Source: the human T2T-CHM13v2.0 reference genome, Homo sapiens
Assembly (NCBI RefSeq): GCF_009914755.1
Contig: NC_060934.1
Reading direction: 5' to 3' (one strand)
Length of the DNA: 64,000 nucleotides
Shown here: piece after piece, positions 52,348-64,000 of the stretch
Layout: each line of letters opens with the position of its first letter
Position numbering within the stretch: the first letter of the stretch is position 1
Program-made: the position numbers and the translations under genes
The notes under the pieces: generated by a model
Databases searched by the model: none
What the model saw: only the letters and a program-made list of their open reading frames with translations
Told to the model about the DNA's origin: nothing

Positions 52348-53029
52348 TTTTTGCAATTTCTTCTGGGGACTTAGTTATAAATTATTTGCCAAGGGCAATG
52401 TCCAGAATGGTATTTCCTAGATTTTCTTCTAGGATTCTTATAGTTTGGGATCTTACATTTACATCTTTAACCCATTTTGAGCTAATTTTTGTATACAGTG
52501 AAAGGCAGGGGTTCAGTTTTATTATTCTGCACATGGCTTAGGGAGTCCTTTCCCCATTGCTTGTTATTATCGACTTCGTTGAAGATCAGATGGTTGTAGG
52601 TGTGTAGCTTTATTTCTTGGCTCTCTATTCTATTCCATTGGTTTATGTGTCTGCTTTTGTAGTAATACCATGCTGTTTTGATTACTATAGCCTTGTGATA
52701 TAGTTTGAAGTCGGATAGTTTGATGCCTCTGTCTTTGTTCTTTTTGCTTAGGATTGCTTTGGTTATTTGGTCTCTTTTTTGGTTCAATATGAATTTTAGA
52801 ATAGTTTTTTTTTCTAATTCTTTGAAACAATATTGGTACTTTGATAGGAATAACAATGAATCTGTAGATTGCTTCAGGCAGTGTAGCCATTTTAACAATA
52901 TCAATTCTTCTGATCCATGAGCATGGGATATTTTTCCATTTGTTTGTATCATCTATGATTTCTTCCAGCAGTGTTTTGTAGTATGCCTTATAGAGATCTT
53001 TCACCTCCTTGGTTAAATGTATTCCTAGG

Positions 53030-53030
<1 letters not shown>

Positions 53031-53068
<38 letters not shown>
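53031..53068 (+). repeat. (TG)19 microsatellite
   Basis: Pure TG run. Confidence 0.98.
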
Positions 53069-53071
<3 letters not shown>

Positions 53072-53471
53072 TGTAAATAGGATTGCATTCTTCATTTGGC
53101 TCTCAATTTGAACATTATCGGTGTATAGAAATACTACTGATGTTTGTACATTGGTTTTGCTTCCTGAGACTTTACCGAAGTGATTTATCAGACTAGGAGC
53201 CTTATGGCAGAGTCGTTAGGGTTTTCTAGGTATAGAATCACATCATCTGCAAAGAGAGATAATTTGATGTCTTATTTTCCTATTCGAATACCTTCTATTT
53301 CTTTCTCTTCCCTGATTGCTCTGGCTAGGACTCCCATTACTATGTTCAATAGGAGAAGTGAGAATGAGCATCCTTGTCCTGTTCTATTTTTTAAGTGCAA
53401 AGCTTCCAGCTTTTGCCCATTCAGTGTGATGTTGGCTGTGGGTCTGTCATAGGTGACTTTTAATGTTTTGA

Positions 53472-54180
53472 GAAAGGTAAATAAAAACCACAATGAGATA
53501 CCATCTCACCCCAGTCAGAATAGCTATTACTAAAAAGTCAATAAATAACAGATACTGGATAGGTTGTAGAGAAAAGGGAATGCTTATACATTGTGGGTGG
53601 GGATTCAAATTAGTTCAGCTACTATGGAAATTAGTTTGGAGATTTCTCAAAGTACTTAAAACGGAACTACCATTTGACCCAGTAATCACATTACCAGGTG
53701 CATACCAAAAGGAAAATAAATTGTTCTACCAAAAAGCACATGTACTTGTATGTTCATCACAGCACTATTCACAACAGCAAAGACATGGAATCAATCTATA
53801 CACTGTGGAATACTATGCAACCATTAAAAATAATTTCCTCTGCAGCAACATGGATGCAGCTGGTGACCAATACCTTAAGCAAATTAACACAGGAACAGGA
53901 AATCAAATACCATACGTTCTCATTTATAAATGGGAGCTAAACATTGAGTACACATGGACAAAAAGATTAAAACAATAGACTCTGGGAACTGCAAGAAGCT
54001 GGAGAGTAAAAGGGGAGGCAGGGTGGGAAAACTACCTATCAGATATGATGCTCACTACCTTGATAATGGGATCATTCATACCCCAAACCTCAGCAACACA
54101 CAATTTACCCATGTAACAAATCTTCACATATACCCCTGGATGTAAAATAAATGTTGAACAACTAAATAAATATTTAAAGA
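53472..54180 (+). mobile_element. Non-inverted 3' segment of the same L1PB-type element
   Basis: [14 protein letters not shown]2 C-terminal peptide; 3'UTR ccccaaacctcagcaacacacaatttacccatgtaacaaa; A-rich tail. Confidence 0.92.
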
Positions 54181-55519
54181 GAGAGAGAGATTGGAAACGG
54201 GGGACAAGTGTAAGAAACCTAAGGGAATAATTAGAAAATTTCTTAGATTGGAAGGACATGTGTTTCTACACAGAAAGAGTCTACACAGTGGCCAGCACAA
54301 TGTATAGCAGAAACATCCATGAGGGTGCATCAGCATGAAGATTGAGAACACAGGGAATCAAAAGAAGATCCTAAAACTTCCAGAGGGCAAAACTGGAGAA
54401 GAAAGGTTACACAGAAATAAATAGAAATAAAGGACATTGAACTTCTCAGTAGGCATTCTGGAAGCTAGGCTAGTTCCAGAGTGTAATGGTGATCCATGCC
54501 TTGAGGGAAAAGCCCAAGAAGAAATGTTTCAAACTGGGATGTTAAGGATGGTCAGAGAGGAGACAAGATTCCCAAAGCATAGCCAGGTGGGACAGCGACA
54601 GATGGAGTCCAGGCCTGCTTAAACGTTGCTAAGATGGAAATTACCTTTTGCAGGGGAAGATTTGACTTGGGAGAATAGCACTGGATAAGATAAATGTGGA
54701 CAATGGATGCACCCCAGAAGACTGGAACTTACTAAACTCCACATCTTTATTTAAGTGGGATTTCCCAGGACAAAAATCTACAGAAAGATACTAGGAAAGG
54801 AAAAACAACAACAAAAGAATAGGAGGGAAGTTTTGCCGAACAGACCCAATAAACATCATTTACTTTCTTTCCCTCAGCTGTCACTGGATCTCTGCTTTAG
54901 ATTTTGACAACAGTAACCTCAATGTGGCTTTCACTAAATACAAAAAGCTGAGAGCATTGCTTTGCCTGGATTAACTGCCCTAGTAGCTGAGGATTTGCCT
55001 CTGTTTTCTAAATTCAATGGGTCCCAGAATGGTGCTATAATTAAAAGTCCAGAGTTTGGTAGAGCCTTGGGATTAGGTTGTACTGTTCCCTTCTGATTCA
55101 TTTTAGAGTCTTCCATGGGGAGAAGCTAAATTGCTCGCCAGGGATGCTAGGTGCATGAATAAAGGGGCAGTGGTTGATCCTGGGGAGCAGTGGCCTCATG
55201 GCAGCAGCTGGACAGTCCTCTGGCTGCTGACTCTTCCTCCAGGATGGCCTTGCCTCGGTTGACCACAGGCTAAACCATAAGGGGTTCAGAGATGAAATGA
55301 ACACCCAAGAGCTCTCATCCTTGCAAATGCATTGGAAAGAGCAGCTGTAGCCCCGTGTCTCCTCAGTCTCCCCAGGGAGCAGGAGGGCTCCCTGAATGGT
55401 GAATCTGGGACAGGCAGTGAGGACAGCAACCAGCCTCTTCCTCTCTCTGGATGAGCTTTCCCTTGTGCCTTGTCACCTCCTCCTGCCCCACTGCCCTTCA
55501 TGTGAGCAATCAGGATACA

Positions 55520-55860
55520 GGACCCTCATGAACAGTAGTGGCAAGTCCCCAAGCCTCAGCAGCTTCACTGTCTTTGCAGGCTCACTATGTAAGTCAGACA
55601 GCCTTCCTCAAATGGGAAGTCAGGGATCCAGTAGCGTCCACTTTGTTCTTCTGCCATCTTAGAGAGCTCACGAGGTGGGAAATGTGGAGGACCTCACCCC
55701 CTACACACTGCCTTGGACAGGAAGTGATACTTGACTTTTGCTCACATTCTCATTGGCAAGAGCTAGCCACGTGGCCTCCACCAACTGCAAGGAAGGCCGG
55801 GAAATACAGAAGAAGGGTACAGACACTTGGCAGGAGAGCGTCAACCATCCCTGCCACCCT
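55520..55860 (-). mobile_element. MLT1J/K-type LTR
   Basis: ggaagtgatac...gctcacattctcattggcaagagctagccacgtggcc...aactgcaagg. Confidence 0.6.
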
Positions 55861-55999
55861 CTGACTGCACAAGATAAGCTCTGCTGTCCTCGCCTTGGGT
55901 TCTCCAGCTTTCCATGGCTTCCACCCAGAGTCCTATGCCCTACCTGGGCCCCATCCAGGATGCCCCTCCCACATCTGCTCCTCCTCGCTGAGCCCGCCT

Positions 56000-56430
56000 C
56001 ATTAGTTTTCCATATCCATCCTTCTCTACAACCCCATGATCCTGCTATAGGTCAGGTCCCTGACACTTCCTGCCTGGGACACTATGACAGCCTCCTTCCT
56101 CAACCCCTGCCTCGGCTCCTTGCTTCCCTGGTTCCCCTGCCTGAGTCCTCACCGAGTTCTCTCTAAACATAAGCCTGACTGTGTTCCTCTCAGACTTTGA
56201 ACTCTCTTGTGACTCTCAACAACCCAAGGCTATAAGACTGAGTCCAAACTCCACGGAGTCTTCTCAAGCCCCACTCCTGCCTCTTTGTCATCCCTCCCCT
56301 GACAGTCCAGGAGTTATCCCTACCGAGCTTTCAGCAATTCCCAACACATTTATGCATTTCCTAATTCCAGGACTTGGAATCCTCTTCCCTGCTGCCTGCC
56401 TGGTGAACATCCTCTGCTTCCAGGAGGCAG
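56000..56430 (+). mobile_element. L2 fragment (further pieces ~56930-57090, ~58200-58420)
   Basis: ctgcctgggacactatgacagcctcct; agtccaaactcc; gcctggtgaacatcct. Confidence 0.55.
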
Positions 56431-57269
56431 GACTATCTCTCCCTCTGTGAGGGTGCCCATCGTGAAGCTGACCACATAATTAATAATCCAGATCAGGGCA
56501 CTTCTGAGAATGACAAAGGTCACTAGGTATGAGTGGGGATGGTCCCAGGCACTCCCTGTCCATGAGTGCCCAGGCAGAGCTGATCTCTCTAGGCTGTGTG
56601 CAGCCGACTGTGTCCCCACCTCCCCTAATGATTACCTGACTCACATGACTGTGAGCCCTGCAAGTGCAACAGTGCCAATCAAAGAGAAATGCAGATTCCT
56701 CACCAAAGACGAGAGTACCAAGGCCTGGCCCTGCCACCTCCTGCCTCTCCCTGGCTCTGGTCTGCAGCCTGCACCATGAGCACCCCAAACTCACTGCTAA
56801 GTGGTCCCCTTGCCTGCCCTTTGATGGTTGGTGACTAAGCTTCCTCATGTCTCAGCAGGCCTTTCCTCCCCAGGTGAGCCCAACCACCAGCCACTGTCAC
56901 ATCCTCCCAGTTGGCCCTGCATCCTGTCTTTCCTAGAGCCACCCTGCCAGAAACGATCCTGTGACTACTTTGTCTACTTATAGGTTTATTGTCACCTTGC
57001 CCACTGGAATACAAATTGCACAGAGAGAGGGGTAGGGGGGTGGCCGGTCCTGCAGCTTGTCCTCTGAGTTTCCAGGACCTGGAGCTGGCCCTGGGGGGAT
57101 TGGAGGGGCACTCCCAGAGCTCCCCCAGGCCAGGAGGCCTCCCTGCCCCACTTCCTCCACCCCCTGGGCCTGGCTCAGCCTGGCCCTTTCATGAACAAAT
57201 GGAAATGAGTATCTCAGGAGGGGCAAGGCTTAGCCAGTATGGCCTGGACCCCTGTTCTGTGGCTGAGCT

Positions 57270-57580
57270 TCGGCGCCCGGTCCCCAGGGTGACCCCGCCG
57301 GTCTCTGCTCTCAGGCAGGCCCGGCCAGGAACACAGACGCCGCAGTCACATGCACGCCTTGTCAGACGCAGATCCTCCCGGCTGCACCATAAAACCCTAA
57401 CTAGGCACATAAAAGCTGCCTGCCAGCCTGCCAGGTGCCTCTGTAGGCTCCAGAGAGGCGCTGACGGGCCCCCAAGGTGGCGAGGATCCAGGACACGATG
57501 GCACCACAGCTGCACGGGGACCTGGACACCTGGCTCCTGGAAATAAGAGGTGTCTCAGTGAGGCTGCGGGTGGTCCGCTT
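57270..57580. promoter_or_regulatory. Candidate promoter/enhancer (CpG-enriched patch)
   Basis: GC box 57293-99, GTCACATG 57345-52, TTGTCA 57359-64, CCATAAAA 57387-94, CATAAAA 57408-14. Confidence 0.4.
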
Positions 57581-59627
57581 AAAAAACACCAGCCAGTTGC
57601 CCTCTCATTCTGAGGGGTAGGATACCTGGCATCATGGAGGGTGATTTAAAGAATGATGTTTAAACCTCAAGATGAACTGTCAAGGCACATGTTACACAGA
57701 CACTATGCTTGTGGAGTCAAAGGTCATTCAAGGTCATGCAGCCACAGCCAGCTCCTCCTCCACCCCTTGCTGTCTAGTCAGGACAGCCACTTTCCCTGCC
57801 TGCTGCCTTCCATGGACCTCCTCCAGGTCTGGAGAGAACCTCCTTCAGGTCTGTCCAAAGCCAGGTACCTCCCCCATGAGGAAAAAGGGCTGTCGTTTCC
57901 TGAATCCAGCTCCAGCTAGGGTGGCAGCTTGAGGAGGGGGATGATGACCGGACTCCAAGCTTTGTCTCATGCACCACCTTGTTCAGTGCCCAGCCTCAGC
58001 AAGGACCGATCCCTATGCCTCTGCCCATGACAGTCCCTGGGCTTCTGAGCTGCCTGCAAGACCACTCTGCTCCAGCAGCCAGCAGAAACCACTGCCTCTT
58101 CCTTCTCTCCCAGGGTTCTGCTGCCATGGTCCTGCTGTCTGTGATTGTCTGAAGGCCTCCAAGTCCAGGGGTATCCTGAACTCCCACTTCACCCAGACAC
58201 TTGCAGTTCCTGGGAAGCTCATGGCTGCTCCCCTCTCTTCTTCCATCTCTTTGAGCCCTGCCTGCAAAGCCTGTCCTTCTTTGCCTGTGCTGCTTCCTTC
58301 CCAGCTCAGTCACCACCTCCAGGAAGCCTTTTGGGCCTCTCCACTCAGGCCCAGCTAGGGTCCCCCAGTGAGAGCGCTGCCATCGCTGCCATTTCCCACC
58401 TGCCCCTCTGTCCTCACCTTGTGCCCTGACCTTACTCTCAGTCCCCAGAAGCTACCACCCCCCAACCAGCTTTGGACACCCCTGCTCTTATTTTCTGCAT
58501 CCCCAGAACTACCTGCCCTAGTGCTGAGCTCATGGAAGTTCCTCAGGAAGCATCTTCACATGGATGTTGAAGAGAAAAAAATCTCCAGGTCCCACGGGGT
58601 GCTGTGGGAGTCCAAAATCAGGACTCCAAAAGGCCTGTGAGCCTGGCTTGGGGAGGCAGGGCCAGCACCTCCCTAGCTTCACCCAAGAGGCATTCCAGCA
58701 CCTGCCCCAGCCTTCTGTAATCAGCAGTTGACACAAAGTTCATCATTCCCGCCAGGCATGACCTGACAGAGTGGCTACTCAAGATGGGGGAACAGCCTGG
58801 CTGCTCAGCAGGCCTTGTGGAGTCCTGGGGTTAGGCCAGGGTTCTGGGGCGCAGAGATGACAGCAGGGCCACCTGGGGGGAGGCTTCCTCTGCCACACCA
58901 TGTAGAGGCCACCCGTCCACCCATTCCGTGGAGCCTCACAGCATCTCACACTTCCTAACACCCCAAACACCCCAAAGAGAAGCCCTTCCAGCCATCAGAA
59001 AGAATGCATAGAAGCTGATGGGTTCAGAGCAGGAGCATGGCTGAGGAGCCCAGGTTATTCTTAATTTTCATGCCCCAGGTGAGTCATAAGCCAGCCATTC
59101 GAGCCCATGTGCCTCACAGGGTGGGCCAAAAGAAATCCCACCCAGACCAAACAGGTAGCTGTAACAACAAACAATAATAACAATTACATGCAGTAACATA
59201 AGCGATGCAGGAAGAAACTATAACTGAATATTTAATCTAGGAAGAGAGATGTCACAAGGCTTAGAATTATCAATGACATGAAGAAGAATTAGACTTGCTT
59301 TTGTAAAAGTGTAAAATTTGATACATAAAAAATAAGCTTAGTAATATCACTATTTTGGGGATAGCAGTTTTAAATATATACAAAAGCTCTGCAAATATTT
59401 GTATTCTTTGAGCAAATAATTTCACTTCTGCAAATCTGTTCTTTGGTAGTATTTAGCAAATTATTTGCCAAAGCCAAAATAATTATAAATATGGAAAAAA
59501 AAGGTATTTAGGCACAAAAATGTTCTTTTTGTTATTGTTTATAATATGGAAAAACTGGAATAAACAGCAAGGGAAGATTGGTTAACTGAACCATGGCAAA
59601 GCTAACCAATGAAATACACAGTCAATT

Positions 59628-60292
<665 letters not shown>

Positions 60293-60302
60293 TAAAATAT
60301 GT

Positions 60303-60487
60303 TTTAATACAGATTTAGAAGGTACAAATCCAGTTTTGTTACATGGATAAATTGCATAGTCGGGGCTTTTACTATAACCATCACCCAAATAGTGTATACT
60401 ATACCCTTTATGTAATTTCTCACCCCTCCCACTTTCCCACCCTTCCAAGTCTCTAATACCTATTATTCCACACTCTATGGCGTATGT
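60303..60487 (-). mobile_element. L1MA 3' end fragment
   Basis: cagttttgttacatggataaattgcatagt...ccatcacccaaatagtgta. Confidence 0.8.
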
Positions 60488-63302
60488 TTTTGAAAGTTTG
60501 TTTGTGATATTAAACAAATGCTTATGTTCTAACACTTAGTGACAAAAAGAAAATCCACATCTGTTGACTACAAATGGATCAACTGTATGAAAAATAAGAG
60601 ATTCACAGAGAAAGGATGGAAGAGACTTGAACCACCTGGTAATGGTAAGTTTGGGTGGTACAAAAATAGAGAATTCTTTCTATCTGTGCTTTGGAGATGT
60701 TCCATATATTGTTCAATGAGTTGTATGTACATTTATAATAAGAAAGCATTTTTTCAGTACCCTGCGAGTTGGTATTTCTGTCTGATGGCTCTGATGTGGG
60801 GGTGCAGGTGCTAATATAGCACCATGGGTGTGGCTTTCTTGGGGTCGCTGGTCACAGATGGCACCCCTAAAAGCAGGGACAGACACCAAAAGCTGTACTG
60901 TGCACCAAAATGGGCAGAAGGAAATAGCAAGCCCCACAGAGGAATGCATATTGAGAAGCACTCTGTTTGATGAATTTTACCTGAAGTAGAAATATGTAAT
61001 AAACACTAGAGTGCTAGACTAGCTAACAACAAATGCTCACAAGGAAGAAAATCAGGGGAAATCTAATAGAATTCCAACTACTTCGTATAGGGCTGAAACC
61101 ATCTCATGCAATATGTTCATTTGGTTAATTTGAACCTGAAGCAAGGGCATCACTGGGCAAAGTGGCATTAGAAGAATCTACCCCGAGTCTAGCTGGCTTT
61201 GGAGGGAATTGGCTTTAACTCTGTCAGGTTGGCCCTGACAGCAGGAACAGTGCAGAAGCTCAGGGGTTCCTGTCCTATGGAGCCAGTGGCAGCTGCAGTC
61301 TGACACGGGCACTGTGGACACAGGAGGAGAGGAGGTCTCCCCCACAAGTCCTTCACAGGAAGCAGAAGACCTAGGTGGCAGCCCCTCACTACCTCCCTCC
61401 TGGGGATCTCCCCAGCCCATCTTCCAAGCCCCTCCCAATGCAGCCCCCTTCCTGCTGACTGCCCTCCCAACAACTCCCATGTCCATGGAAGGCGCCGACC
61501 TGAAGCCTAGCCATCTAGTTTCCTTCGCAGTCTGTTTCACCCTGTGCTCACCATGTCCAGCCCACCATGCAGTTTACTCCTCCCTGAAAACAGCTAAATG
61601 TCAGAGAAGGGCATCAGTGCATATTATCATGAAGAGAGGGAGTCCCAGGAGGCAGCACCTGGCATCGCAGGAGGGTGGAGGGGTGTGGACAGAGCTTGGC
61701 CAGGCAGGGGGTTATCATATGCATGTGTACAGGGCCCAGTTGACACAGCAGGAGGTGGAAGGGAGCAGAGGGGTGGCTGGAGGCTGGCAGTCCCACAACC
61801 CTGAGTGAGCAGCAGCATGAGCTTGGAGGAGTCGTGAGTCAGCTTTGGTGGGCAGCAGGGCACTGCCACAAACCTCCCCGCACCCCCACCACCCCCAAGA
61901 GGACCTGGCTTCTCCTAGGATGGCCTGAGAGGGAAGGAACCAAGGCTGAGGCACACATAGGTGGAGGCCAGAGTGTGGGATTGATCTCTCAGTTCTTCAC
62001 CCAGCAGGCCGAGGAGCTGTTCACATGATGGCCTTGAATCGTCTCCATGCTGGAAATGGAGGTGTGGGAGGACATCGTCCCTGTGCAGGCCACGGTGGGA
62101 CTGGAAGAAACCAGCAATGCCAGCCCCAGTGGCACTTACTGTAGCTTTCCTTAGCCCAGGACTGAGGGTTTCCTGAAATGCTGGATGTTCATTGCTAAAA
62201 CTGGGAGGATTCAGGGTAGATGAAGATGGTCACCCTAGCCCGGCGATGAGCCGAGAGCTGCATGTGCTTTCCGCAATCCTTTTGCTCTTCACAGCACCCC
62301 GAGGAACATTCATCATTATCTGCATTTTTCAGCAGAGGAGAATGCCAAAGTCTTGTACCTGCAGCAAGAAGCCGGCCCCAGAGAGGCTGACCCCAGAGGT
62401 GAGCTGGGCACAGCAGCCCCAACAGCCAGGAAGGAGGCAGTCCTGAGGCAACGAGCAGGAACCCCAAGGTCTCCAAGGTGTGAGGGGATCAGCCATCAGC
62501 CTGAATCCACAGCTCTGCTTGCTGGGTCCACCTGCACTGAGCGGGTTGGGTCCACAGGAGGGGATCAGGGCTCTACCCACAGAGGCAGAAGCACAAAGAT
62601 CACAGCACTGCTTTAGCTATGATGGTATCCAGCTGGATGTGAGTCTGCCAGTGCCTCCCAGAGTCTGACCTACTGGAGGTAGGAGGTGGGGTGTGGAAAA
62701 GGGCCATGGGGACAGGGGAAATGTCAGCAAGAAACCAAGTAAATCCCAGGAGGCCAATACTGTGAGTCCTCTGGACTGAAGAATATCTGTTGGGAGATAC
62801 TCTATAGCCTGGAGCGCATTCACAGAGGTGGGAAGGAGTCAGGAAATGCACTGAACTTCTGTGTAAACAATAAATGATGGGACAGAGTAAGTGAAAACAA
62901 TCTACTTTTTAAGAAATCATGCCATAGTAATTAGTAAGACTGGTTTCATAAAAGCTGAGCTCTGCTCAAGGGATATAAAATGTACTGGACATTCATCATT
63001 TTGCATGTCCCAAACAGCTCACCCTTCATCAAATAGCACATCCCTCCACCACCAAGAGCCACACACTTCCCTCCACAATTGATCCAGACTTGAGCACCTG
63101 CCTCATGCCAGGTCAATCAGTCCACCTCTGGCATCCCCAGGCTGGGCTGGCAGGGAGTCATGCCTTTCCTCCTTGGTCATAAACCATGGTGGAGAGGGCC
63201 CAGAGATGCTGGACTCATGACCTCCATACATTCACCCCCTCCACTATTCTGTCATAGGAGAGAATGATGCTGATGCCTGAGGCCAGAAGAAAATGTTTAT
63301 GG

Positions 63303-63818
63303 CAGTAGTTGGCAAACTACAGCCCACAGGCCAAATCCAGGCCATCATCTTTTTTTTTTGGTTGGGTGGGGGGCAGGGGGGCGGACAGAGTCTTGGTCTG
63401 TCACCAAGGCTGGAGTACAGTGGTGCGATCTTGGCTCACTGCAACCTCTACCTCCCGGGTTCAAGCAACTGTCTGCCTCAGCCTACCGAGTAGCTGGGAT
63501 TACAGGCGCCCGCCACCATGCCTGGCTAATTTTTTGTATTTTTAGTAGAGACGGGGTTTCACCATCTTGGCCAGGCTGGTCTTGAACTCCTGACCTCGTG
63601 ATCCACCCACCTCGGCTTCCCAAAGTGGTGGGATTACAGGCGTGAGCCACCGCACCCAGCCCATCATTTTTGTATATAAAGTTTTATTGGCACACAGCCA
63701 TGCCCATGCATTGACATTTTGTCTATGGTTGCATTCACAGGCAGAGTTAAAACCATATGGCCCACAGAGCCTGTAATATTGACTGTCCGGCCCCTAGAGC
63801 AAACATTCGCTGCCTGTG
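63303..63818 (+). mobile_element. MER58A split by an Alu
   Basis: gttggcaaactacagcccacaggccaaatcc | taaagttttattggcacacagccatgccca. Confidence 0.85.
63349..63661 (-). mobile_element. AluS (Sg/Sc-like)
   Basis: Full dimer, tgacctcgtgatcc; TSD catcat(c/t)ttt; G-rich block in tail. Confidence 0.95.
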
Positions 63819-63929
63819 GGTCCGCATGGCTGTCAGAATGTTGATAGGCCTACCTTACACATCACTCTCACTTTACAGTAGCCAAGCAGTAATTACATTG
63901 TCCATTAACACCAAAGCTGTTTTCATTCT

Positions 63930-64000
63930 GAAGAGGGAGAAAGGGGAGAAGAAAAGAAGGAAGGGAGGGAGAGAGGGAAGAGGAGGAAGGGAGGGAGGAA
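63930..64000 (+). repeat. GA-rich low-complexity tract (runs off window)
   Basis: Pure purine run gaagagggagaaagggg...ggaggaa. Confidence 0.9.

Noticed and set aside
52482-53978. L1 ORF2-like ORFs as functional CDS
   Set aside because: Fragmented, frameshifted, inverted and Alu-interrupted; non-autonomous relic
60981-61135. Minus-strand exon-like unit starting cag|GTTCAAAT, as exon 1017-1111 does
   Set aside because: Only ~11 nt shared, expected by chance; multiple stops and no further similarity

Overview
Primate (most likely human or ape) non-coding DNA. It carries AluJ/S/Y, L1PA/PB/M, L2, L3, MIR, MLT1/MLT2 and other LTRs, and hAT MER elements, and is strongly CpG-depleted. I recognise no intact protein-coding gene, tRNA/rRNA or CRISPR array, and I could not name the locus. 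The ORF track is almost all chance ORFs or L1/Alu remnants. A large share of the window is interspersed repeat. All subfamily calls come from recalled consensus sequences and need RepeatMasker/Dfam confirmation; boundaries of old elements are approximate. Points worth following up: minus-strand exon-like units with canonical splice sites (candidate lncRNA or decayed unitary pseudogene, best at 383-1111); two CpG-enriched motif clusters (~33 kb, ~57.4 kb); an unexplained 43-bp direct repeat 782 bp apart; a 21-bp minisatellite; a twin-primed inverted L1; and a tightly spaced tail-to-tail Alu pair. I see no convincing evidence of a new biological system.
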